Positions 51,012 to 61,045 of a stretch of 64,000 nt of DNA are shown here, piece by piece. Origin of the DNA: Mobula birostris (taxonomy: Eukaryota); contig NC_092379.1 of assembly GCF_030028105.1 (NCBI RefSeq), positions 30,339,715 to 30,403,714 of the forward strand, in the 5' to 3' direction. The notes below the pieces were generated by a model, which did not search any database, had not been told where the DNA came from, and saw only the letters and a list, made by a program, of their open reading frames with translations. The position numbers were made by a program, and so were the translations under genes. Within the stretch, counting starts at the first letter, position 1. Each line of letters starts with the position of its first letter.

Positions 51012-52312
51012 CCAGAAAGTAGTATTCGTTTTGTACAGATTATACAAAGGTAAATGCTGTAACATAAACCGATATGTATCCAATCCCAAGGGTAGATTAC
51101 TTTGTGGATAGAGCTGGAAAAGCTAAGTTTCGTACAAAGATCGACCAGTTAAAAGGATATTGGTGTGTTCCCTGGACAGATAAAGGTAGAGATATTTCTG
51201 CATTTTAATGCATGCTGGGTTATATGAATACAGCGTCCTGCCACTTGGAATGAAGAATTCTCCTGGAACCTTCCAGAGAATGATTAATTCTGTAATTCAA
51301 GGGTTAAAACATACGGATGCCTGTATTGATGATTTATTCACAGGTAATAACACTTGGGAAGCACACACATCTGCAGTGGGAAAGCTGTTTGAAAGGCTTT
51401 CACAAGCCAACCTAACTATTGACTTAACTAAAAGTGAATTTGGCCATGCTACTGTAACCTGCCTTTGTTACGTGGTGGGTCAACGCAGGTCCCCTCCTGT
51501 TCAAATGTTCAGGCAATTTGAAGGTTCAAACTTCAACTAGTAGAAAACTCTCAAAAGATCCTTGGGAATGGTAGGATATTACCGTAAGTTCTGTAAGAAA
51601 TTTGCCGAGATTGCCCTTCCATTAACTAACCTCCTGAAGTAAGGTGAGAAGTGTGTTTGGAAAAAGCCTTGTCAGGAGGCCTTTGATAAGTTGAAAGCTA
51701 TCCTCTGTCACCACCCTGTGCTCAGGTCACCTGACTTTGAAAAGCCATTTTCCCTAGCTGTGGATGCCAGAGACGAGGCTGCAGGAGGAGTATTACTACA
51801 AAGGGATAATTATGATGATGTTGACCATCCCGTGGCTTACTTTTCCAAGAAATTTAATGGGCATCAAAGAAAGTATTCAGCGATAGAAGAGGAATTATTA
51901 TCCCTTATTTTAGCTCTGAAAATTTTTGATGTGTAAGTTGGCGCAATTTAGAAACCACTGGGGGTTTACACCGATCATAATCCACTGGTATTTTTGAGTA
52001 AACTGAAAAACCAAAATAGAAGGTTACTAAATTGTAGTTAATTTTCAGAAGAATATGATCTCTGAATAACTCACATTAAAGGCAAATATAATGTAATTGC
52101 CGACTATCTGTCCAGATGTGGAACTTGCAATGTAATTTTTAAATGGAGTGGAATTTTGATATTTGTGTACACTCCTGCCATGTTATATTGGTACTGTATG
52201 ATAACTGTGTGTGCATCGTGCATTTTGTAAACTTTATGCATCTGTATATTTTGTAAATTGTAGTTTAAATGTTGCTTCTGATAGATCAATATTTTCTTTT
52301 CTTGAGGGCAGG

Positions 52313-53178
52313 TGTTACTTGTCCCGTGAGTATCTCGTGAGCATGATATAATTGTCTCGTGATATCGGTATGATGTAATTGTCTCGTGATATTTCCATGC
52401 TATAAGTGTCGTGATAGTGGGTGATGTGATGTCACGCGATGGCATGTTCCAACCGGTATATAGGATGAGGACACAGTTTCTTGATTAGTTGTTTTGTTGG
52501 GGGAGTCACATTCACAGCGGGTGTTTATGCAATCNNNNNNNNNNNNNNNNNNNNNNNNNNNNNNNNNNNNNNNNNNNNNNNNNNNNNNNNNNNNNNNNNN
52601 NNNNNNNNNNNNNNNNNNNNNNNNNNNNNNNNNNNNNNNNNNNNNNNNNNNNNNNNNNNNNNNNNNNNNCCTTGGACGAACCCAAAGTGTTGGGTAGAAA
52701 TCAGCGGCGTTCTGTGATTGACATTTGTTATGGTACATACGTGTATTGTGGCATACACTTTTGGTTAACCCCTGAATAGTCTCGGCTGTTGTGTGGTGAC
52801 CAGCTCCGGCGAAAGGTCAGTTACTGTGAGAAATCTTATTCTTCGTGATCTCTTTCGACAAGGCATTTCTCGGCTGGGATTTGCCTCAGCAGATTCGTCT
52901 TCTCTTCATCGGTGGTTCAAGAAGTCTCTCCTCTCACGTATTTCATAAATCACTTTGACTCTTTGAACAACAACCTTAAGACTGTGTTTGAGTAAGATTT
53001 GTTAAGAATTGTCACTAGGTTCGACTGTTTGATAATTATAGATGCATAACACTGTTAACTTCCGTTTCAGTTAGTAATTTGTTTACTTTCTATGTTTTTG
53101 AGTAGAGGTTAATAAATTTCGTTGTTTATTCATAAAAACCCGACTCAATTTCATATCTGTTGCTGCTGGTGCGTAACA
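52313..53178 (+). repeat. Gmr1-type 3' LTR (spans the N gap)
   Basis: GAGGGCAGG PPT, then TGTTAC...GTAACA 6-bp inverted termini; AATAAA at 53111. Confidence 0.8.
52535..52669. other. Assembly gap (135 N)
   Basis: Run of N. Confidence 1.
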
Positions 53179-54044
53179 AAACATATCACTGAACTGTTGA
53201 ATATCAAGCACAAACTTCAGTGGGAAAGCCAGAGAATTCACAACGATCTCTAGGCATGGAGGCGGCGGGAGCAAAGAAGTGAACGTACGTCCCAAATCCA
53301 AGACTGGGGTCACCGAAACACTTGCTCATTTAGTCTCTGACCTAAACATGTTACAGGCATATTTTTCACCACTCGGCCAAAAGCATGTTTATCATTTGGG
53401 AATTCGATATACTATAGTATATAATGTTAGGCAATATTACACCTCGTCAGTCATATCATGACGGGATATTGTGCTTCAATCGCTTGACTGCGGTCGTCAT
53501 GCGAATACAGGACTGGGTATACTCGGAAATGGATGAAGGCACTCAGCCACTTAGGCACTGCTACACTTGGTGGAAATTACTGATAAGCCGAGTGCCAAAC
53601 ATCATATAACCACAATTAATCCTGGATAAACTTTCTTTTTCTTTGATTATATCCCTAACTTCAAGCGTTATCCATTCTGTGATGTTGTCAGACTCTCTGC
53701 ATGAAAACATATCTTTTCCATTTTCGGGTGAATTTTCCGCCATTCACGCATCGGTTCATTTGGAAACTTTACGAACTCCGACTCAGTTCTTATATACATG
53801 ATGCAGTGCATTCGGCATGACAACGGATATATTCCGAACAACCATCTGAATTCAGAACATGCATCTTCATTGCGAGAACTTCAAGCAGATCAGGACTTCG
53901 GGACGGTGTTCTTTTGCGAGAAGAGTTTGACTTACGGACGGATGTCAACAGTCCAGGCAAATTAATCGCTGATGTAAATCATGACTGACACTGCTTTCTG
54001 TTGCTTTTGAATATCGCCGTAACGGAACCGATATAGCAAGTGTA

Positions 54045-54140
54045 GTAGTAGTACTAGTCATAGTAGTAGCAGCAGTAATAGTAGCAGTAGCAGCAGCAGT
54101 AGTAGTAGTAGTAGTAATAGTGGTAATAGTAGTAATAATA
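54045..54140. repeat. (AGT/AGC)n microsatellite
   Basis: agtagtagtagc... imperfect trinucleotide array. Confidence 0.9.
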
Positions 54141-54779
54141 TTTAGAAGAAAAAGAAGAACTTTATTGCTCCTGAGTGGGAATTTCTTTCGTTACAGCAGC
54201 AACACTTAAAATACACTTAGCAGTATTCAGAACTAGCTAAGAATACAGTAGAGAATAATGATATACACAATAATAATTTACCAATGTGCAAAAATGTGCA
54301 ACAATAATGTACGAAATAATAAAACATGGACTGTTGTATTACGGAGTGTGTTCTTCTGGCGCAGAGAGATCAAATGTTGTATATACTTATTGCATTTGGT
54401 AGGGAAGATTTTCATGCAACGATACTTGTGACAGATCTAATTGTCCATGAGTTTAAAATAAAATTCCCAGTATAGAAGCGATAGAATCAAAATGGGCTTT
54501 CAGTTTTTCTAGCAGAGAAAATAAATCATATTAAGCATTGCTGTCTGGTTGGCTATCGATTACGCACTTGTTTACGTACCGTATGGCATCATCAGTAAAT
54601 GTTGTTTAAATTCCTTGCAAGATGTATTTAGTTGTTTATTTCATGATGCAGCGCGGAATAAGTCATTCCAGCCCTGAGAACTGCACAGCCCCAGAAACCA
54701 TTGGCAACCCTGATTTTTTCCGGAACCTAATCATCGGACAGCTTACAATGATTAATTATTCCACAGAGTTTGTCTCTGA

Positions 54780-54932
54780 ACTGTTGGTGGATCCGAGAAC
54801 AGTCGGTGAAAACCCTAACATTCCATGGTGAGGACACACAGGCTAGTTACAGATGAACCAGAATTGAACTCCGAACTGTTACTCCTAGAACTATAATAGA
54901 GTCGAATTAATCGCGACGCTACTATGCCGCCC
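54780..54932 (-). repeat. Probable tRNA-derived SINE head, decayed
   Basis: Minus strand GGGCGGCATAGTAGCGTCGCG...GGAGTTCAATTC resembles Pol III A- and B-boxes. Confidence 0.45.
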
Positions 54933-55519
54933 AAAATATAAAAACACAGTATTATATTTATATATTAAAATAAATAATTAATATAATTGCAGTTATTTTG
55001 AAAGGCATGGCAGCAGCAATGAAACATATAAATAATAGAGGTAAATGACTTATTTTGTTTTCTATTGCACAGAGCCAGGAATTTCAGTTCCAGTGAATGC
55101 ATTTTTAGTGCACTGCCAGGGGATTCCAGTACGAACAAGTTTCTGCTCAGACTAAACTAAAGGAAAGTCGAGGAATGACAAAACGTAGGTTATCTCTAAT
55201 GAGTGGGAGCAATTACGACGTTGCCTTGCAGTAACTAACGATCGAATGTTCCTCTTGCAGCGCCTCTCCCAGTTATCTCGATTACCTCCAATCATAGCAA
55301 TCATTTCAATTTGGATTAGCATGTAATTGCCAAAAGAGTACAGTTTCATTTTAATGAGATTCATGCTATCGGAAGAAACTGCAACGCAACAAGAAGACAT
55401 CTCAGTGAACATCACCTGCACGTTAATACTCTCAGGTGAAAGCATTTTACATGCTATGAATTCACATCCAGGCTCCCTAAAGTTGCTTTGTGATAAAGGC
55501 ACGGGTGTGCATGTGGCTC

Positions 55520-55940
55520 ATGAAAACAGGTTGACCGAACTCAGCGTTTTCTCCTTGGAGCGAAGGAGGATGAGAGGTGACCTGATAGAGCAGTGTAAGA
55601 TGATGAGAGTCATTGATCGTGTGGATAGTCAGAGGCTATTTCCCAGGGGTGAAATGGCTGCCACAGTAGGCCACAGGTTTAAGGTGCTTGGGAGTAGGTG
55701 CATAGGAGATGTCAGGGGTAAGTTTTTTACACAGAGAGTAGTGAGTGCGTGGAATGGGCTGCTGGCAACGCTGGTGGAGGCGGATACGACAGGATTTTTA
55801 AGAGACTTTTGGATAGGTACATGGAGCTTAGAATAATAGAGGCTATGGGTAACCCTCGTAATTTCTAAGGTAGTGACATGTTCGGCACAACTTTGTGGGC
55901 CTAAGGGCCTGTTTTGTGCTGTAGGTTTTCTATGTTCCTA
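55520..55940 (+). mobile_element. CR1 LINE 3' end
   Basis: ELSVFSLERRRMRGDLIE..KMMR.IDRVD...LFP...GHRFKVLG.R..GDVRGKFFTQRVVSAWN, plus 3'UTR. Confidence 0.9.
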
Positions 55941-56606
55941 TGTTTCTAGAATCGTAATGAGATCTGTAGTTCGTGATGCCGTGCATTTCCAAAACAATAG
56001 ATTATGCATTTATTGTTTGGAATTTGTAACATTTCAATGTCCGTTACTTTTCTGCCGCTGCTTACACGCCGTAAACGGATTTGCGACGATCCTTCATTTA
56101 AAATAGCTGGTAGATTGCATGTACCACATGGATATACTGGTGAATGTATTGGGATCTGGAAATAATAATGATGGAATGGCGGGGCACCCTCGATAGGCTG
56201 ATTGGCCCAATTCTGTTGCTATGTCTTATGCACTTCTGATCTAAAATGCGAATTCCCTGGAGGCAATGATGCCTTTTTACTCCGGGAATATATTCTTGAG
56301 AGTTGTGTGTTTTCTATCAGAAGAAATGAGAGGAATCAGTAGATCCGGCAGCTTTCAAGGAAATGATGTTTTGAACCAAAAAACTTCCGTCATGACATAA
56401 TGATTTCGCCCAGCGTATTTTGGGTGTTGATTGAGGTGCTTTTATTTTCTCTATCATCATTCTACTAAAAATCCCACCACACTGAGGTTTCTTGTCGTTT
56501 GTCTCCGTGCTTGGCAGTGGTGTATTTATATGATAAAACTGAATGAGTTTTTGTATTGTTCTCTCGCTGCTTCCTAGCACTGTGTGCTTGTAACAAGAAG
56601 CACCCT

Positions 56607-56645
56607 AGTTCTTGAACAGCGCTGTCCATGCGCGGCATCACAGTG
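56607..56645 (-). promoter_or_regulatory. 23-RSS of the supporting V-delta
   Basis: CACTGTG (56645-56639), 23-nt spacer, TCAAGAACT (56615-56607). Confidence 0.88.
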
Positions 56646-56939
56646 CTGTTAACCGACTCATTGCACAGTAATACACAGCAGCGTCGCCCAGTTGCACTTT
56701 GGAGATCGTCAGCTGGCTGATTTTCTTACCAGGATCGACAAAACCAGTAATTCGTTCTCCGGCATTTTTTTTCTTATCTTCGGCTCCAAAAGTTTGTCCC
56801 TGGAGCAGGAATATGGGTGCCTGTCCTGGAAGCTGGCGATACCAGTGTATTGTGTTGCGACAATACACGTCATATCCACAGTTTAAAATTACGGTGTCGG
56901 CAAGTGTAGTTTGTAGTTCAGGACTCTGAGAAATGGATT
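56646..56939 (-). CDS. TRDV: TCR-delta-type V segment, leaderless 'supporting' V of NAR-TCR
   Basis: Open 294-nt exon (E)SISQSPELQTTLADTVILNCGYDVYCRNTIHWYRQLPGQAPIFLL...GDAAVYYCAMSRLT. Has both canonical Cys, WYRQ and an extra CDR1 Cys; preceded by acceptor catacAG and followed by a 23-RSS. Confidence 0.92.
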
Positions 56940-58318
56940 CTGTATGAATGTAGAGGAATATTACTGCTGATTTACCGATAACTGTCAGAAAAAAACATCC
57001 CAAATATGATAAGGAGATTTTTGTTGCACACAAGCTTGGTTCATTTCAAATGTGAGTAAACAATATTTATTGTCGTTGACAATTATTATAAGGAATTGCT
57101 GCAGTGAAATAAAATCAGGGACTCAATGGTAAATTGCGGATAACTTGCGATTTTTAAAACATCTTTCATATTTTGGACAGCTTTGTGGAAAGCAGAACTA
57201 ATTTCATGGAACAATTGCAGAGAGCCTACAAGCATATAATGGGCCGAATTCCTTTTTCTCAGTTTTGTGGTGTTTATTTTAAACGTCAGTTTAATTCGGA
57301 ATAATGATGGGTGAGAGTTTTTTTTTGTCCCAAATTGATAGATGCTCCATCCAGATGTTTTTTTAATATAAATTTCCCCCCATAAGTTACACACTTGCAT
57401 TGTAACCTGCTCATCACAGTAATGAGATTGAACGGTACAGACTGGTCAGATAATTTTCAAAGCTGCTGAAGGCGAAGGTTTATTTTCGACTGGATTTTAG
57501 CAGCCGATATAAATGTTTCATTCCCTTCCCTTTTTTTAATTTTTTCATCAATGCGGTGTGCAATTCGCGGTACTATTTGAGAATAATTTGTAGAAAACAA
57601 GTTTGATTATTTCTTGCATCTCTGTGACTCATTCATATATATATATATATATATTCTGCCTGCATTTAATGCCTTAAGTTCTAACAATATTTCCCACAGT
57701 CTGACAGCAGTCTGATGGATTCATATTGCGAAGATTACACCAGCATTTCTTCCTTGCCTATAGCAAAAATTTCCCTCTCTATCTGACTCTGTTAATTCAG
57801 TTTACCACCTTGCCTTTCTATACAGTGAGTGTAGATTCAGTCTACAGATTCACACCACAAAAGACAAACCATAAAATTCCAGTCACTCTTTTTCAACAGT
57901 GAAGAGCTGTGCATCGATACAGCTCTCTAAAACCTACTGCAGTGGAAAATAAATGCATCCCTCACATTCTGCGAATGAACCTGCCTCCTCTCAGTCTACT
58001 TCCTTTTGGGCCGGTGCACCTGATTTTCCATTCTTTATTTCCTCAGTTTTGCTGTTTGGGCGTTATTGGCAGTATCAACATGTATTGTTCACCAGCAGCA
58101 CGAATGCGAGACGTTCTAATGTGTTGAATATTTTCACAAGAACGGCTCATCCTGAAAAGACACCCTGTGCTTACGTCCTCCCTGGCACACTTTGTAGAAA
58201 CTAGGTTTGACATCAGACCCATTTAAATTTTAATGATTTTAAATCAATCGATCATCTATCAAACGATACTTAGATGGATGAGATATTTGACGAATCGCCG
58301 ATGTTTGTGGATACTTAC

Positions 58319-58376
58319 CGGACCTGACCGTGACCTTTGTCCCTGTTCCATCTAGAGTATGAGTCGTCCATTCATA
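58319..58376 (-). CDS. NAR-TCR J segment
   Basis: YEWTTHTLDGTGTKVTVRS+G, with the IgNAR-type DGxG motif. Phase-1 donor GTAAGT at 58318-58313, in frame with the supporting-V acceptor (G+AA = Glu). Confidence 0.92.
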
Positions 58377-58415
58377 CACAATGATCCTGTTCTCAGTTTC
58401 CACCATACAACAACT
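58377..58415 (-). promoter_or_regulatory. 23-RSS 5' of the J segment
   Basis: AGTTGTTGT, 23-nt spacer, CATTGTG. Confidence 0.9.
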
Positions 58416-58749
58416 ACACTCACGTGAATCTGGTTAGGAAACGCTACGATAGGATTCCCAATGTTTCCAGGGTTGTTAATGCAACACATAGCATGGAATA
58501 TTCCCCATTTGGTGGCAAGCCGATATGTTCTTTGTCAGAAAGCAAGACCAAAGTAAAATAAAACAGGAACACGCACCGCAGACCGATTCCGAGAAGAGAA
58601 AAAAACAGCATACGTGTCAATCAAAAATGCATATGCAACATGGAAATTAAACAGATTAGTCGGTAAACATCGCCAGGTTTGTATTTTTTTCCATGGGATA
58701 TGAAGAATATATCGTTTAAATATGATTTATTTATATATTTATTATTTTC

Positions 58750-58821
58750 TGTTTTTGTTCAGATCTCTTCCACTGTGTTTGTCCCAAACTGTACACAGTA
58801 CCTTACATCAATATCAAATCT
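58750..58821 (-). other. NAR-TCR D segment (58778-58793) with 12/12 RSS
   Basis: Minus strand: weak nonamer AGATTTGAT, 12 nt, TACTGTG, then TACAGTTTGGGACAAA, then CACAGTG, 12 nt, ACAAAAACA. Confidence 0.88.
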
Positions 58822-59145
58822 GCTGACGAATCCATGAAAGAGTCGAGCAGGAATTAAATTCACAGCGCTGGCATTTTCCGTTTCCAAGTGCTCAGGCACA
58901 ATTCCGTCCGTACTTGGCTACAAGAATGTGCATTTCTTAATTCTCTTTCGTCATTTATTGACACATACCTCAGGGTAGGGAACAACATCTGCGCACACGC
59001 GAGGTGGAAACATAAAGACTGTACATGATAAGAAAAAAAATGGCAGTTAGCTGGACTGCAGGACGGATCCACAGCGAGACAGGAACATGAACTAAACCCT
59101 CAGATCCATTCTGCTCCGTCTGAATCAGGAATAAGCTACAGCGGA

Positions 59146-59183
59146 AGTTTTTGTACAGCGCGAAGCCGAAGCCCATCATTGTG
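59146..59183 (-). promoter_or_regulatory. RSS of the NAR-like V (22-nt spacer, 23-class)
   Basis: CACAATG, 22-nt spacer, ACAAAAACT. Confidence 0.92.
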
Positions 59184-59477
59184 TTGCACGCCATTTGTAC
59201 ACAGCTTGACAGTAATAGGTGCCGCTGTCTTCCACTCGCAGGTCCCGAATTGCCAACGAAAACTGCATATCAGTTTTCTTAATCGAAGGAACAAATCTCC
59301 CCCCGCGGGTGACCTCTTTCCGTTCGGCCGCTGAGTTGGTCTGCCTGAAGAATTTTCCAGTGTGAAAGCGATATTCACCATAAGAACCAGGCTGGAAACT
59401 GCAGGTGATGGTGGCAGTCTGACACTCATTCATGTTTACAATGGACGGGCTCTGAGTCACCGACTGACTCATTGAAC
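59184..59477 (-). CDS. IgNAR-like V segment of NAR-TCR
   Basis: Open exon after tAG: SMSQSVTQSPSIVNMNECQTATITCSFQPGSYGEYRFHTGKFFRQTNSAAERKEVTRGGRFVPSIKKTDMQFSLAIRDLRVEDSGTYYCQAVYKWRA. CDR2/C'' is deleted as in VNAR; GRF..FSL.I.DL.VEDSGTY.C signature present. Confidence 0.93.
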
Positions 59478-59614
59478 CTAGGATTGAAAAAAAACACGGA
59501 GAAAATTGAGATGTAGTCATAGACGAATCACATGAATAATCTAAGCCGGTTGCATCTCAGAGGGCTGAAACAGATTTAAAGTAAATGTAACATGGATGTG
59601 TGAAAGGTACTCAC

Positions 59615-59657
59615 GCCGTAAACAGAGCCAGAGTGTGAAAACAAAGAAGACTCCCAT
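59615..59657 (-). CDS. Leader exon of the NAR-like V
   Basis: ATG GGA GTC...CGG C|gtgagt gives MGVFFVFTLWLCLR plus a phase-1 donor. The 137-nt intron splices in frame to 59477. Confidence 0.9.
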
Positions 59658-60639
59658 CGTCAGGAAGGAATATTGCTGAAGTGACGCGGAGATGGAGCTC
59701 ACGGTCTGCAAAGTTATGGTAGAATGTACTTCAGAGTTGGACAGTGAACTTTTATCAGCAGGTTTGCTGAGGGGCAGTTGTTAGTTTTGATTCTGTGTCG
59801 TGTCTTTGAACCGAGTGAGGAAGCCCCACCCATGACTTCCTATCGTTCAACATGTGTGACGGAGGTGGCCTATCAATGGATGAGTCTGAATCATTAGTCT
59901 TGAACCGGACACTTTTTTTTCCCCCCAAAAATATGGTTGTTTGTTCTTTATTGATGTTGTGACGTGCACCCCGAGTTTTCAAGTCTGCGTCAGTTCTTAT
60001 ATTTTGCGACGGAAATCACTCTGTGCTCTGATCTTGACGGCAGGTACGCGGGACGAGCTGACAAACTCTCCCTCAGCCTCGGAAGAGTGTGATGGCACAT
60101 TCAGCCTTTGGATGCACCAATCCCTCATGGCTGCTTTTCTTCCACAGAAAGTATGGATGCGAGGAAATCTGCCGCCAAACAGTTTCAGTTTGTGTGTGCT
60201 TGACCAAAGGCGTAAAACAGGCAACACTACTTTCCCTTCCATTCACATTCGATGTCAATCTTTTCGTTTGTGTCCAGCGGTTTGGAAAATCTGGAAATCT
60301 GCTTTAGATAAAATGAAGTTGAAATCCACTGCGGCAAAAGACAGCGCAAGAGACAGCAGCTTTGCAGTAAGTTGAGTGGAAGACGGTTTTAGTGAGATGT
60401 CAGTAGTTCTATCGTATTATTATTACTTTATTGTTATTATAATAATAATTATTATTATTAGGGAATTTCAGTGCCAACCTCCTGTAAAATTCTAGACTCT
60501 GCAGCAGCTGCTGCCGGTAGAGGCTGATAAACTGATATTAGAGAGAATTGCTGCCATATCGATATAGGATAAATGGAGGACAAAGTTAAGTGCAGGGTGT
60601 GGCGAAACGTTAGAAGGATCATGAAGTGATTTACATCGG

Positions 60640-61045
60640 TCTGCACCGCACCGTACTCCGAAGGCTCAATGTTATGCCGTACTGTACTATTTTCTCTGTT
60701 CTACCTGAAGGAACCTGGCAAGGCAAAACGAAAACGTTGAGCTCTGATCAGCTCTCCGACACCGAGTGCTGAGCGCATTCTCTGTCCGGACGATTCAACC
60801 TCCTTCTCGGTCGCCAAAAGCAGGCAAGGCTGGGAATTTTTAGGCCTACCTTCCGAAAGATTCCCGACCACACAGTAACGAGAGCAGCGGACGGGCGTTT
60901 CAGAAATTTCTCCAGGTGTTCCTCTGTGCTGTCACTTCAATTCTCCATCAAATCGTAATTGTCCACGGCCTCTATTTAGAAGATACGATATCATTTTTCA
61001 CGGGAGGGCTGCGCACACGCAGGCGCGCTGCCATTTTCTCCTCCC
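60640..61045 (-). repeat. Second, more diverged copy of the 2035-2627 retroposon family
   Basis: Shared motifs gcaggcaag..g.gga, cagaaatttctc, tacgatatcattt and gctgcgcac..gc.g.cgc.g.cgccat.tt. Confidence 0.55.

Larger units (their letters stand above)
48560..53178 (+). mobile_element. Gmr1-type Ty3/Gypsy LTR retrotransposon (PR-INT-RT-RH order), 5'-truncated, with 3' LTR
   Basis: LRDTGAS protease at ~48620; integrase 49206-50114 (VIVDCVCPLPKTKAG, SAYHSESQGALERFH); RT at 50560-51500 (YPIPRVD, GMKNSPGTFQR, CIDDL); RNase H at 51690-52110 (FSLAVDA, HPVAYFSKKF, YSAIEEE, VIADYLSR). Confidence 0.9.

Noticed and set aside
52400-52779. ORFs spanning the N run
   Set aside because: Artefacts of translating through the assembly gap inside an LTR.
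56638-57033. The provided ORF as a single-exon V gene with its own leader
   Set aside because: It starts at TTG, not ATG. The J-donor-compatible acceptor at 56940 and the cassette context fit a leaderless supporting V better.
59070-59100. CACAGCG with a 13-nt spacer and AACTAAACC as a possible extra RSS or second D
   Set aside because: Wrong spacer, weak nonamer, and no partner RSS enclosing a D.
59176-59520. The provided ORF start MTTSQFSPCFF as the V N-terminus
   Set aside because: That stretch is the intron polypyrimidine tract; the real leader exon is 59657-59615.
59675-59692. AGTGACGCGG as a TCR V-promoter CRE/decamer
   Set aside because: Only a half-site match; insufficient without comparative data.
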